32,000 bases of DNA from Wallemia ichthyophaga EXF-994 (taxonomy: Eukaryota; Fungi; Basidiomycota): NCBI RefSeq assembly GCF_000400465.1, contig NW_008806275.1, positions 618,156 through 650,155 on the forward strand, read 5' to 3'. The notes below the pieces were generated by a model that saw only the letters and a list, made by a program, of their open reading frames with translations, ran no database searches and was not told the origin of the DNA. Both the position numbers and the translations under genes were made by a program. Within the stretch, counting starts at the first letter, position 1; each line of letters starts with the position of its first letter. Shown here one piece after another: positions 31,881 through 32,000 of this stretch.

Positions 31881-32000
31881 GACTTGGCAGAGTGAAGTTT
31901 GCATCAGTATTCGCTTCTTTATAATCAGATTTGCGGTGAATGGGGATGAGTAAGTTGTGTGGATATCCACGCTCGGATATGAAAATTGATATTGGAATTT

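Noticed and set aside
1-32000. tRNA, rRNA, CRISPR arrays and prokaryotic defence systems
   Set aside because: None seen. The window is intron-containing eukaryotic DNA, and its short repeats are microsatellites or intragenic duplications.

Overview
Compact, gene-dense fungal (basidiomycete-type) genomic DNA with short introns of about 45-75 nt and very short intergenic spacers. The acidic class I hydrophobin and the overall compaction point to Wallemia; this is an inference, no search was run. Bases 1-25.4 kb hold housekeeping genes: GPI8, URM1, GPI3/PIG-A, a SAP30BP/HCNGP-like gene, CWC23, mitochondrial AsnRS, glucosidase II beta, an AT-hook orphan, UBR7, a hypothetical gene, RPS16, RNPS1-like, PRI1, G3BP/Nxt3, PHO81, ELYS-like, a hydrophobin, LEU5, PAM18 and a GGQ mitochondrial release factor. 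From about 25.4 kb the window looks accessory: an orphan gene, a decayed unknown gene, two intact SDR paralogs plus a truncated third, and a diverged second copy of the orphan 5' end and the decayed gene about 4.75 kb downstream. The most notable observations are three divergent gene pairs with only 23-29 bp between start codons (each spacer holds a palindrome), the duplicated and decaying accessory block with a hidden coding signature, and a hydrophobin that needs a GC-AG intron. I found no tRNA, rRNA, CRISPR or transposase. All exon models were derived by hand.
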